A model generated the notes under the pieces. The model ran no database searches. It worked only from the letters and a program-made list of their open reading frames with translations, and was not told the origin of the DNA. A stretch of DNA of 54,850 nt from Nanobdellota archaeon (GTDB lineage Archaea; Nanobdellota; Nanobdellia; Parvarchaeales; Parvarchaeaceae). The translations under genes and the position numbers were made by a program. This document shows, piece after piece, positions 1 to 8,921 of the stretch. The DNA lies in NCBI GenBank assembly GCA_021802105.1, contig JAKAAW010000003.1, positions 1 to 54,850 on the forward strand. The letters are read 5' to 3'. The first letter of the stretch is position 1. Each line of letters opens with the position of its first letter.

Positions 1-318
1 ACGATGAGGTAAGATTGATTTTAGTTATGTTTATAGAGTAACCTGTGGAATCTCCTATTGATACTGTGAAGCTGGTGTTGCCTAGGCATTCAGCCTGCAC
101 GCTCCCTAACCCGCTGAAGCCGGTTATAGTCGCCGATATGCTTGACGATGGGGAGAATATCCCAAAAGAGTATAATACTGCCGCAACTATGACTATGATA
201 AGGATGGCCCAGCCATACGTCATCATGTACTCCAGTGCAGACTGGGATCTTTTGTTAGCTAGAATTTTTCTGTCTGTCTGTCTGTCTGTCTGTTATATAT
301 AGGGAGATGCAAAGGCAT
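1..318 (-). CDS. Type IV pilin-like surface protein with class III signal peptide; 5' part only (runs off window start); frameshifted by a (CAGA)6 tract
   Basis: My translation: ATG at 318 gives MPLHLPIYNRQTDRQTEKF-stop (TAG 261-259). The shifted frame reads KILANKRSQSALEYMMTYGWAILIIVIVAAVLYSFGIFSPSSSISATITGFSGLGSVQAECLGNTSF..., open to the window edge and nearly identical to the pilin at 27976-29154. Confidence 0.85.
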
Positions 319-452
319 GATTTATATTTGGCTTTAGATGAATTTAAACCTTGTCTTACGGCTTCCTGTTTGCTTGGACTCCGGCTTGCTAGGTTCAAAG
401 TTTGAGGAGCCATTTCCACAGCGGGATGAACCTTATCTTCTTGCCTTTGACT
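116..452 (-). repeat. Pilin module repeat copy A (ATPase 3' end + promoter + leader + constant pilin N-terminus)
   Basis: 116-255 matches 28966-29105 with 3 mismatches in 140 nt. About 310-452 aligns to about 29146-29289, and about 310-373 to about 2008-2073. Confidence 0.9.
269..292. repeat. Tetranucleotide microsatellite (TCTG)6 / (CAGA)6 inside the pilin signal-peptide coding region
   Basis: Six exact TCTG units counted at 269-292. Confidence 0.95.
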
Positions 453-1678
453 TTCTCCTCGGCTTCGTAGTCCCAGGTTATCACCAAAAGATTGTTGCAG
501 CGAAGTTCTTCAGAAGCGACTAAAAGATTGTCGATTTCTCTGTCAGCGATTTTATTTCCGCTCGAGGTATAAGTCACTTGTATAAGTTCAGTTATCTTAG
601 ATCCTTGTTTTACGACAAAGTCGATTTCTCTTTGTTTATAGTCCCTCCAATAATAAATTTTACTAGTTTTGCCCAGCCGCCTAATCAGCTCAATAAACGC
701 TATATTTTCCATTATATTGCTTTTTTCGTTTAAAGGATTATTAGAAGCAGCGGCCGCCAAAGCGTGATCTACCGCGTAAATTTTCTTTGGCGATCTTATA
801 ATTTCTGCTTTAGAACTTGAATAATTATCTACGGTAAACAGGAGATAGGCGTTTTCTAAATAGGATAAAAACAATTTCGCCGTGTTTGGGCTGCCCAGAT
901 TAAAAACCTTTTGTAATTTAGAAAACGACGCGTTCTTTCCATATAATCCGACAGCGTACATGGCAAACTCTTCAAATCTTTTTGTGTTTCTTATTTCATA
1001 CCTACGCAGGATGTCCCTGTTTATAATGTCCCTCAGATACGCATATATCAAGTCTTTCCTGTCTCTAAGTATGACCTCTGGAAACCCTCCATATTCAATA
1101 TATTTTTCAAATTTAGTTCGTATGGCTGCCAAACCCCAGCTTGTGTAAGGTTCCACATCTCCAGCGAATTCTCTAAAGGACATGGGAAATTCTTCAAACA
1201 AAACATTTCTTCCAGTAAGCGCGGCAGAAACGTCCGATTTTATTAAGCTGCTGTTGCTCCCGGTGACAGATATCCTTATGTCTTCGAATTCCAACATTCG
1301 ATTTACCCATTTTTCCCAGTTCTCCACGTTTTGTATCTCGTCTAAAAAAACATATATTCTTCCTTTCGGCATATATAACTGTAGGTAAGCCTGATACAAA
1401 CGCTCGAAATCACTGACTTCAAACGAAATTAATCTTTCATCCTCAAAATTTACGTAAAGTATATTGTCTTGGTTGACATTGTTTTCCAATAAAAACCGCA
1501 TTGTTTGAAAAAGAAGAGTAGATTTTCCGCACCTTCTCACCCCTGTCAGAATTATCGCTTCCTTAAATTTTACGTGTTCTTCTATGTCGTTTAGTAAATC
1601 TCTTTTTACGCCCTCTTCCCGCCTAAGTATAGCTTCCTTCTGCGTTTTGATTATAAGCTTTAATGCTTCTACTTCCAT
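395..1678 (-). CDS. AAA+ superfamily ATPase (AAA_14 + DUF4143, COG1373-like)
   Basis: Walker A GVRRCGKS, Walker B VFLDEIQ, TGS, GGFPE and C-terminal YYWR..EIDFV motifs. Confidence 0.9.
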   Translation of the reverse strand: MEVEALKLIIKTQKEAILRREEGVKRDLLNDIEEHVKFKEAIILTGVRRCGKSTLLFQTMRFLLENNVNQDNILYVNFEDERLISFEVSDFERLYQAYLQLYMPKGRIYVFLDEIQNVENWEKWVNRMLEFEDIRISVTGSNSSLIKSDVSAALTGRNVLFEEFPMSFREFAGDVEPYTSWGLAAIRTKFEKYIEYGGFPEVILRDRKDLIYAYLRDIINRDILRRYEIRNTKRFEEFAMYAVGLYGKNASFSKLQKVFNLGSPNTAKLFLSYLENAYLLFTVDNYSSSKAEIIRSPKKIYAVDHALAAAASNNPLNEKSNIMENIAFIELIRRLGKTSKIYYWRDYKQREIDFVVKQGSKITELIQVTYTSSGNKIADREIDNLLVASEELRCNNLLVITWDYEAEEKVKGKKIRFIPLWKWLLKL

Positions 1679-1699
1679 AATAATTATAACCGATTCCTA

Positions 1700-1761
1700 T
1701 ATTTAAATACTTCATTATAGTGATATAATTAACGTTTTTATTCCATTATAATGACGTAATT
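1700..1761 (-). promoter_or_regulatory. Putative TATA box plus two palindromic operator-like repeats upstream of the ATPase gene
   Basis: TTTAAATA lies about 25-30 nt before ATG 1678. CATTATAGTGATATAATT (1713-1730) and CATTATAATGACGTAATT (1744-1761) are 31 bp apart. Confidence 0.5.
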
Positions 1762-1918
1762 TAAATAAATTCTTAAGCCTTGTAGGATATAAAGAAGAAC
1801 AAGAAATGGTACAAAAGCTGCCAATGAAACTTTCCCAAAAATAATGTCTCACTGTTCAAAATCCGGCACTGAAGACTGGAAGCCCAAACAATGAAATACC
1901 TGATATTGAGAGTTAGAG

Positions 1919-2073
1919 CTAGCGAGATGTAGAATGTATTTGTTTGATAGCAGACTGTGATCTTTTGTGGATCAGTGGCTCCTTCCGTCTGCCGTTTGTA
2001 TGTATGTGCAAGGGCATATAATTGGTATTTGGCTTTGGACGGATTTAAACTTTGCTTCCAGGCTTCCTGTTTG
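1919..2073 (-). pseudogene. Orphan pilin promoter + leader cassette (module repeat copy B); 32-codon ORF MPLHIHTNGRRKEPLIHKRSQSA-IKQIHSTSR*
   Basis: 1950-2073 is nearly identical to 29087-29210. Similarity stops right after the SQSA codons. ATG at 2017, TAG at 1921-1919. Confidence 0.85.
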
Positions 2074-2144
2074 CTGTGCGGATCAAACGGACTGATAGGG
2101 GCATCCCTATTCTTCAACTCTACAGATTTCATTGGAGATAATAA

Positions 2145-2312
2145 CTCCCCAATTACAAATATTCAACAACATGCACCCTGCTTAGTGCGGCTTTCACTCT
2201 CAGAGATCAAGTGTATGCGATAGTTATAGCGCTTACTACAACGCTAGTCTTTATGTCATTGCTGATGTATCTCTTGATAAAGAACCGACCGCTAAAAGGT
2301 AGGAAAGCTTAA
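2145..2312 (+). pseudogene. Possible remnant of a C-terminal membrane anchor of a surface protein
   Basis: Open frame with no ATG ahead of the hydrophobic helix: ...VYAIVIALTTTLVFMSLLMYLLIKNRPLKGRKA* (hydrophobic helix then basic tail). Confidence 0.3.
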
Positions 2313-2335
2313 ATTATTTAAAGAGTAGATAGCTT

Positions 2336-3595
2336 ATGCACTACGATCTTAACTATGTAAAGGAAAACAGGGAAGCGCTGGTGAAAAGCATGCAAAAACG
2401 GGGCATAGACTACCCTGTGGACAAGATAATAGACGTTTACGAAAAAGTAAAAGAACTGAGAAGACAGGTAGATGAGGATAGGCATAGGAGGAATGAGATA
2501 AGCGAAGACTTTAGAAAGCAGACCGATGAGGACAGAAAACTGGTAAAAACCCTTAAGAAAGGTATAGAAGAGAAGGAAAAAGAGATAGAATCTCTGATAA
2601 AGGAGGCTTACTCGCTGTTTCAGAGGATGCCAAACATACTTGATGATACCGTACCTATAGGTAAGGACGACAGTGAGAACATAAGCATAAAGAAGCATGG
2701 AGAGATAAGAAAACTTGACTTTATACCAAAAGGACACGAAGAACTGGCAGAGAACAAAGACCTTATTGATATGGAGAGGGCCGCAAAGATAACTGGCAGC
2801 AGATTTTATTACCTCAAAGGTAAACTCGTGATTCTAGATATGGCACTACAGAGATATGTTATGGACAAACTCATGCCAAAAGGATATACTCCTATTGTAC
2901 CACCTTTCATGATGAATAGAAACGCGTATGAAGGTGTCACATCCCTGCAGGACTTTGAAGAAGTGCTATATAAAGTCAGCGGAAAAGAGGACACTGGTGA
3001 CACTGAGAAGTATATGATAGCCACATCTGAACACCCTTTGGCAGCTATGTATATGAATGAAGATATACCTGAAGAGAAACTACCTCTTAAGTATATAGGT
3101 ATAAGCCAGTGCTTCAGAAGAGAAGCAGGCTCTCACGGAAAGGATACTAAAGGGATATTCAGAGTCCACCAGTTCAACAAGGTTGAACAATTTATGTTCT
3201 GTAAGCCTGAAGACTCGGCAAGCATGCACGAAGAACTCCTTAAAAACGCGGAAGAAATCTACCAGGAGCTGGGACTTCCTTACAGAGTTGTCAACATATG
3301 CACAGGGGACATAGGGATAATAGCGACTAAAAAATACGATATAGAAGGGTATATGTATTCTCAGGACAAGTATAAAGAGCTTGTATCCTGCTCAAACTGC
3401 ACTGACTGGCAGAGTCGCAGACTTAACATAAAATATGTGGACAGGAGCGGAGATAAAAAATTCTTGCACACCCTCAACAGCACTGCGATATCACAAAGGC
3501 CGCTCGTGGCGATTCTTGAGGCTTATCAGCAGAAGGATGGCAGCATAAAGGTCCCTGAAGTACTTGTCAAATACACAGGATTCGATACTATCTAA
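2336..3595 (+). CDS. serS: Seryl-tRNA synthetase
   Basis: N-terminal coiled coil; ATSEHPL, FRREAG..GIFRVHQF and ELVSCSNC motifs. Confidence 0.97.
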   Translation: MHYDLNYVKENREALVKSMQKRGIDYPVDKIIDVYEKVKELRRQVDEDRHRRNEISEDFRKQTDEDRKLVKTLKKGIEEKEKEIESLIKEAYSLFQRMPNILDDTVPIGKDDSENISIKKHGEIRKLDFIPKGHEELAENKDLIDMERAAKITGSRFYYLKGKLVILDMALQRYVMDKLMPKGYTPIVPPFMMNRNAYEGVTSLQDFEEVLYKVSGKEDTGDTEKYMIATSEHPLAAMYMNEDIPEEKLPLKYIGISQCFRREAGSHGKDTKGIFRVHQFNKVEQFMFCKPEDSASMHEELLKNAEEIYQELGLPYRVVNICTGDIGIIATKKYDIEGYMYSQDKYKELVSCSNCTDWQSRRLNIKYVDRSGDKKFLHTLNSTAISQRPLVAILEAYQQKDGSIKVPEVLVKYTGFDTI

Positions 3596-3865
3596 CGACA
3601 GACCAAGAAAACCAAGTTTAGACAGTCACCTTAAAGGTAAAGTGCGCCGATCGAAGTGTAAGACATACCAATTGGTGAATTTTAATGGAGAGCAAAATAA
3701 TGATGCTGATCTTGACAAGATATTAAAGAGGATCAAGCAGGCGTCTGCTGATGGCCCCTGCGGCGGTTATGACGCCAAACTATAGTTTAAAGCACCGTCG
3801 GGTTGTCTATTTCACGCAGATGACCGGATATCTAGATTATTTTAACATATGAAGAAAGGAACTGT

Positions 3866-4585
3866 TCACTGAATTTTCACACTCTTATCCATATCAGTGA
3901 CCTTAGCGGATAACTCGAAAAACCTCCTTTTATTCTTAATGCGGAGTTTTTCTCCAGTTGGCTGGACTATCTCCCCCAATCCAGAGAAAATACTGAAAGC
4001 TATGCTACCGGAACCGCATGCGGTCTCCTTCACAAAGGAATCAACCTCTTTCACGTAAACGTATGGGGTTATCCTGTTTCCGTCGTAGATTATCCCTCCA
4101 AAAGCAGGAAGTCCATACTTTTTTGAAAAGGTCGAAAGCTTCCTTTTTTCTATTTTAGAGTTCTCTTTTGCACTGTAGAGAACAAATCCTATTCCGTCCA
4201 ATAAGATTATATTCCCGTATTTCTTGAAACTTATAGGTATCCGAATTGTGGTAGTTCCATTTTTATTCGAGTAAGGCACGGAATCTTTCAGGCAGCTTGT
4301 TTTTAGTTTTCCGTCTTTTTCCAGCATTGAGGCAAATGCAAGTGTTGCATTGACGCAGAGTTCACCTCCCATCATAGTCATTGTTGGAAGAGCCGAAGTT
4401 GTGGAAATGAAACCAACCTGTTCTACGTCTTTTAGGAACATCTTTGAGATTTCTTTTCTATCCGAAACCGGACAATTTTGTACAAGTGCGGTTGAATTTC
4501 CACTGGCTACAAGAAATTTTCTAACTTCCATGTTATTGGGCAGAGCACCCATCTCTGCCGTTTTCTCTGCCAGCATCCGCTCCAA
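3866..4585 (-). CDS. DapF-fold PLP-independent amino-acid racemase/epimerase-like protein
   Basis: SGNST, EQVGF, MMGGELCVNA and ETACGSGS two-cysteine motifs; start codon uncertain. Confidence 0.75.
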   Translation of the reverse strand: MERMLAEKTAEMGALPNNMEVRKFLVASGNSTALVQNCPVSDRKEISKMFLKDVEQVGFISTTSALPTMTMMGGELCVNATLAFASMLEKDGKLKTSCLKDSVPYSNKNGTTTIRIPISFKKYGNIILLDGIGFVLYSAKENSKIEKRKLSTFSKKYGLPAFGGIIYDGNRITPYVYVKEVDSFVKETACGSGSIAFSIFSGLGEIVQPTGEKLRIKNKRRFFELSAKVTDMDKSVKIQ

Positions 4586-4642
4586 ATCCCGCGTCTGTTG
4601 TCCTCTTTTCCTAACTTCTTTTATTTTCCATTTTGTACCGGC

Positions 4643-6928
4643 TCAAAACAAGACTTTATACCGGTTTAGGAGATCCTTAGTACGCTCTAGTTTTTTCATG
4701 TACATTGACCTCTCCTCATCGTTTTTGGCGTAAGCAAGCTTTCTTTCAAGGTACTGCACCCCTGCCAATCTCTCAACACTGGAACCTCCAGAGTGCCTGA
4801 GTCTGTTTTCTAGGGCTTCGTTGGGAACCATCTCGAATACTATGTATCCTGTTCCTATTTCAGGGTTTGAGGGTACTTTGAGAGATATGTAACCTTGTGG
4901 TGAAGGCTCTTTCCCTATCTTGTTGCTCTCAAAAGTAGTGTAGTCCTGGAACGCCTGTGATCCTATCCCTACAAGTGCATTCATTTTCCCATTGCACATC
5001 TTATTAGTTAGAGATAGATGTGGCCTGTGCTCATCTCCTTTGTATTGTATCACCGCTGGGCTGGTTGTTCGCGTGGGCCGCTCTGACAGTGCCCTGCCTC
5101 CATCCATTCCTCTTATAAAAATACTGTGTTGCATACCGGCAGGGTAAGGTCCTATATGCACGGTTTCGCGCCTTAACATCATCCTTTCTGGATATATGAC
5201 ATTCGCACCGTTCGCCTCTAAGATAGCTCCAAGAGCTTCTGCTTCGTGAAGGTTGTTTGCTGCTTTCTCTACGTGGTTTCCGTTAAGATTATAGAACGCT
5301 TTGAAACCGATATCGGTGAGCTCTTTAAGGAATATAGCGCTCTTGTTCAACTGATCCCCAAGATTTATTATAGGCTCTCCATACACCATCTCCCTTACTC
5401 TTCTCACCATTCTATCATAGGAGATATCCCTTTCCGTCTTGTATAGATCACGTATAACATCCCCATACTGCATTTTTTGGGGGTCTTGTATATCTCCTCT
5501 CATAATCTTGTCTACTGCCCCCTGCAGCATGTCTCCCCCTAATATGGTATACCTCTTGTCTTTGTTTATCCCATCATGTTTTATGTCTTCTAGCAGGGCT
5601 TCGAGAAGTTCGTATTCAGTGTAACCTCCTTCAGGATTGTAACTTGACGCGCCTATGTGGGTGTCGCTTATCCCGTATATCTTTATCATATCTTTTTCGA
5701 GTTCCTTCGGGTTTACCCCTTCTTTAAGGGTCCTGTAATTTATCACTCTTGTCTGTGTTCTACCGTCCTTCATTACCGTGAACATTGTTATACCGCTGTA
5801 AAGGTCACTTCTTTTGACGTCTTTCGTGACATTTCCGGAGGACTTCTTCTTTCTAAGGACAGAGTCGTCGTGCAGAGGAGATACATGCAAAAAATGCGCA
5901 ACTTTGCTCGGTGTCTCTGACTCAGTGTCAGTGTTATATTTTATGGCAGTGTAATACGTTCTTGCTTCATGTCCCCATATATAGACATCCGCCAGCCTTC
6001 CTTCACGCCAGTCCCTATTGGCCTTTTCTATAGCCCGTCTCTCACCATTCAATAGGGGCTCCGGCTCCTTTATTCCGCCATAAATATCTATGTTTGCAGT
6101 GGCGTTTATAGCAGGGGATACTGAGAATTCCACCCCATTTACTTTTAGTCTAACGTCTTCTATGGTTTTTATTATATTGGCACTGTACACCGTTTCGTCT
6201 TTTTTCTTGTAAGACAGGAACGTATCAAGCACTTCTTCCTTGTATATCTTGTTGGCTATATCCACTATCCCGTCCTCATCAAGGTTTCTCCATGCAGACG
6301 CATCTATGTTCTGGGATTTCAAGTGCTGTATAATTTCTGGGTCTAAATCTCTAAGTACAGTGTCAAGATCATCGTCGTCTTTATTCTCATGAGACTGCTT
6401 GTTTATATTAGAAGATCTCTTATGGGATTTTAACAGTTGTTTTATTCTGTCGCCGACATTCGCATAGTCTTTTGGACCATATATCATCGAGATGGGGATG
6501 TTTTTCTCTGCAGCCGCTTCTATTATAGGTCGCATCTCATACTTAGCAAGCAGTGTGGCATCCTCTAGCGTATCCACCGAGTTGCTCCCACTGTTCTTTC
6601 CTTTTATCGCCTTGTGTACCCTTGCTCCATACCTCCCCTTTATATCATCCTCTAGCATGGCTAGGGAACTTTTGTCGCTTCTGCTGTTGCTGTTAAGCGC
6701 ATTTAGAGGATATCTGTACGCACCTCCTAACATTATTATCGCGTCTATCTTATACGGGGAACTTTTTATGAACTGGCCGACATTGTAAAGAACATCCGGA
6801 TCGCTTAGCTTTGTGCTTAGAGCTATATTGGAGAGAACAAGAACGTTTGCTTTGGGTTCGGAATCAAGGTTGTACTCCGAACTTATTTCGCTGTTTAAAA
6901 GCAACTCCTCTAAGTTTTCTTTCATCAT
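4643..6928 (-). CDS. Large hypothetical protein with a C-terminal calcineurin-like metallophosphoesterase domain
   Basis: SDTHIG, GGDMLQG, GNH and GDEH motifs in the C-terminal half. Confidence 0.65.
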   Translation of the reverse strand: MMKENLEELLLNSEISSEYNLDSEPKANVLVLSNIALSTKLSDPDVLYNVGQFIKSSPYKIDAIIMLGGAYRYPLNALNSNSRSDKSSLAMLEDDIKGRYGARVHKAIKGKNSGSNSVDTLEDATLLAKYEMRPIIEAAAEKNIPISMIYGPKDYANVGDRIKQLLKSHKRSSNINKQSHENKDDDDLDTVLRDLDPEIIQHLKSQNIDASAWRNLDEDGIVDIANKIYKEEVLDTFLSYKKKDETVYSANIIKTIEDVRLKVNGVEFSVSPAINATANIDIYGGIKEPEPLLNGERRAIEKANRDWREGRLADVYIWGHEARTYYTAIKYNTDTESETPSKVAHFLHVSPLHDDSVLRKKKSSGNVTKDVKRSDLYSGITMFTVMKDGRTQTRVINYRTLKEGVNPKELEKDMIKIYGISDTHIGASSYNPEGGYTEYELLEALLEDIKHDGINKDKRYTILGGDMLQGAVDKIMRGDIQDPQKMQYGDVIRDLYKTERDISYDRMVRRVREMVYGEPIINLGDQLNKSAIFLKELTDIGFKAFYNLNGNHVEKAANNLHEAEALGAILEANGANVIYPERMMLRRETVHIGPYPAGMQHSIFIRGMDGGRALSERPTRTTSPAVIQYKGDEHRPHLSLTNKMCNGKMNALVGIGSQAFQDYTTFESNKIGKEPSPQGYISLKVPSNPEIGTGYIVFEMVPNEALENRLRHSGGSSVERLAGVQYLERKLAYAKNDEERSMYMKKLERTKDLLNRYKVLF

Positions 6929-7152
6929 AACATATCCTCCACAGACTGTTTAGTACCACTACTCTATTAAAGTATTGCTTCCTTTCTTTATAAAATAATT
7001 TTGTGTATTACCATAGTATTACTCTCTTTTTGCAATCTAAATCTTACAATTTTTACTTTTCAGGGCAGTAATTTGGAAATTTTGGATTCTGACACCCTTG
7101 AAGCGAAATGAGTATAAATATTCGTCTAGTCTATCTATGTTATAAACTAAAA

Positions 7153-7225
7153 GGGTCCATGGTCCAGTGGCTACGACGTTCGCTTGACGTGCGAAAGATC
7201 AGGGGTTCGAATCCCTTTGGGCCCA
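7153..7225 (+). tRNA. tRNA-Val(GAC), no intron
   Basis: Cloverleaf GGGTCCA/TGGGCCC, anticodon arm TTCGC-ttGACgt-GCGAA, T-loop TTCGAAT. Confidence 0.95.
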
Positions 7226-7364
7226 TATTATAAAAGGTTATAGTGTATCTCTTTCTTAATTTCACCCTTTACTCAGAGATATAAAAAAAGTAGGTGGGGA
7301 CATGCTGATGCACTTGTGATATCCCCTCGCCGGTCTTTTCTTTTTTAAGGTAGACTTCATTATT

Positions 7365-7437
7365 GATATTATTATGTTTTTCACTTTGGCTTTTGCTTTC
7401 ATCTCACGATTTAAATCGTGGGTTTCCCCTCTCACAC
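7365..7437 (-). mobile_element. Isolated IS200/IS605-type end hairpin remnant
   Basis: gctttcatctCACGATTTAAATCGTGggtttccc contains a perfect 16-bp palindrome (7405-7420). Its flanks resemble the ends of the elements at about 31035-31068 and 36241-36276. Confidence 0.45.
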
Positions 7438-7580
7438 TTTATAATATCATTAACATAAAAGAAATAAATAAATCAATGCATTATAACTGATATGTCGAAA
7501 GCATACAAGTTTTCAGTAGTATATATGAGTAATGGTTCATCGAACTGGGGGCAATCCAACTTATTATGGAGTAGTTCACT

Positions 7581-8654
7581 ATGAAAGATTTTGATAAGAG
7601 GGCAGCAGTCACGAGAGTAATGGATTTCATCAAGAAGAATGACAATTTTTCCATATTTTACCATCTCGACAGCGATGGTATAACTTCAGCAGTGATATTA
7701 TCAACAGCTCTGGAGAAGATGGGGAAGAGAGTCTACTCATTTAGGGTTACGAACTATGAAGACTTCGAGAAAGGCATTGACCTCAGCTATTTCAGCGACA
7801 ACATTATTCTCTGTGATATGCAGCCTTCGAAAAGCTTTATGGACAGATTCAATAACAGAAAGCTATGCGTTATAGACCATCATGAACTAATAGACAATGA
7901 TAATATAGTGTATATTAATCCTAAGATGTGGGGAGACATGACGTACACGCCTTGCTCACTGTTAACGTACAGACTATTCGAAGATTTTATCCCTGAGCTA
8001 GATTGGGTGGCTGCTATAGGCGTGGCCGGAGACTCTGGTGGGAAAGAAAACGGTGATTTTGTTAGAAAAGTGGCTAAAAGGAACGTTGTACAACTAAAGA
8101 ACGATGAATATCTGTTTGATAATGATTTCGGCCTTGCATCAATTATGATAGGTTCTATGACACTGCAATATGGTAGGATAGGAGCGGAAGAAGCAGTAGG
8201 CATAATCAAATCAACTCCTTCGCTGAAAGATCTGATTGAGAACCAGAGGCTAGTCTCTGCCAGCGCAAGTGCGAAAAAGGAGCTACTCTCGCTGAGAGAG
8301 CATTTCGAACAGAAAAAAGAGCTCTATGACGATCTTGTCTACTTCTTTGAGGCAAACCCTTTAAAGAAGAGGTATTCATCATCACTTATAACTCCTCTCA
8401 GCCTTGAAAAGGAATATTATGGAAAGGTGATCGTCTTTATGACCAGAATTAACTCAAAGACAACCAGAGTAAATATACGCGCAAACGGAGTCAATATAAA
8501 ACTACCCGAGGTTTTAAAGGAGATATTTAAGGAGATCAACGGAAACGGAGGAGGGCACAATATGGCGGCTGCTGCGGCGATAAGACCAACTGACACAGAA
8601 AAATTCAAGAGACTGTTCCTCGAAGAGAGTAAGAAAAATATAAGCAAGAACTAA
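7581..8654 (+). CDS. DHH/DHHA1 family phosphoesterase (RecJ-like)
   Basis: YHLDSDG, IDHH and GGGHNMAA motifs. Confidence 0.88.
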   Translation: MKDFDKRAAVTRVMDFIKKNDNFSIFYHLDSDGITSAVILSTALEKMGKRVYSFRVTNYEDFEKGIDLSYFSDNIILCDMQPSKSFMDRFNNRKLCVIDHHELIDNDNIVYINPKMWGDMTYTPCSLLTYRLFEDFIPELDWVAAIGVAGDSGGKENGDFVRKVAKRNVVQLKNDEYLFDNDFGLASIMIGSMTLQYGRIGAEEAVGIIKSTPSLKDLIENQRLVSASASAKKELLSLREHFEQKKELYDDLVYFFEANPLKKRYSSSLITPLSLEKEYYGKVIVFMTRINSKTTRVNIRANGVNIKLPEVLKEIFKEINGNGGGHNMAAAAAIRPTDTEKFKRLFLEESKKNISKN

Positions 8655-8920
8655 AAGTCCGGCATCCTTGACACGTCAACTATTGACATCTCTGCGTCCT
8701 TAAACTCTGGAAATTCTGATTCGAGCTTTGAGCTACCTTCGGACTCATCTATTATCAGCGTTACCATTATGACGTTGAGCCCAAACGCTAACGGCTCGAT
8801 TTCCAACTTGTAAACGCTGCCCTTTGATGCAAGGAACTCCTTTACCCTTGGTGCAAGCTCATTGATGTCGGCAGACACATCCTTCGGAAGAGCCTTTATC
8901 TTAAGTACTACCTTTCCCAT
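8651..8920 (-). CDS. ef1b: Translation elongation factor aEF-1beta
   Basis: MGKVVLKIKALP...IEPLAFGL; likely start ATG 8920; next to the Zn-ribbon gene as usual in archaea. Confidence 0.9.
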   Translation of the reverse strand: MGKVVLKIKALPKDVSADINELAPRVKEFLASKGSVYKLEIEPLAFGLNVIMVTLIIDESEGSSKLESEFPEFKDAEMSIVDVSRMPDF

Positions 8921-8921
8921 A

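Noticed and set aside
1773..2223. ORFs 1773-2132(-), 1957-2223(+) and their twins 28952-29266(-), 29085-29381(+)
   Set aside because: Their similarity comes from alternative frames of the pilin promoter/leader repeat, not from real genes.
3564..3785. 73-aa ORF after serS
   Set aside because: Non-ATG start inside serS and no recognisable motif; cannot support it as a gene.
4586..4645. TGA readthrough fusing the 761-aa protein to the racemase
   Set aside because: Same frame with 19 open codons can occur by chance; no recoding signal seen, and TGA is a normal stop elsewhere in the window.
7261..7402. Short minus-strand ORF (about 46 aa) downstream of tRNA-Val
   Set aside because: It starts inside the IS-like hairpin and has no recognisable protein features.
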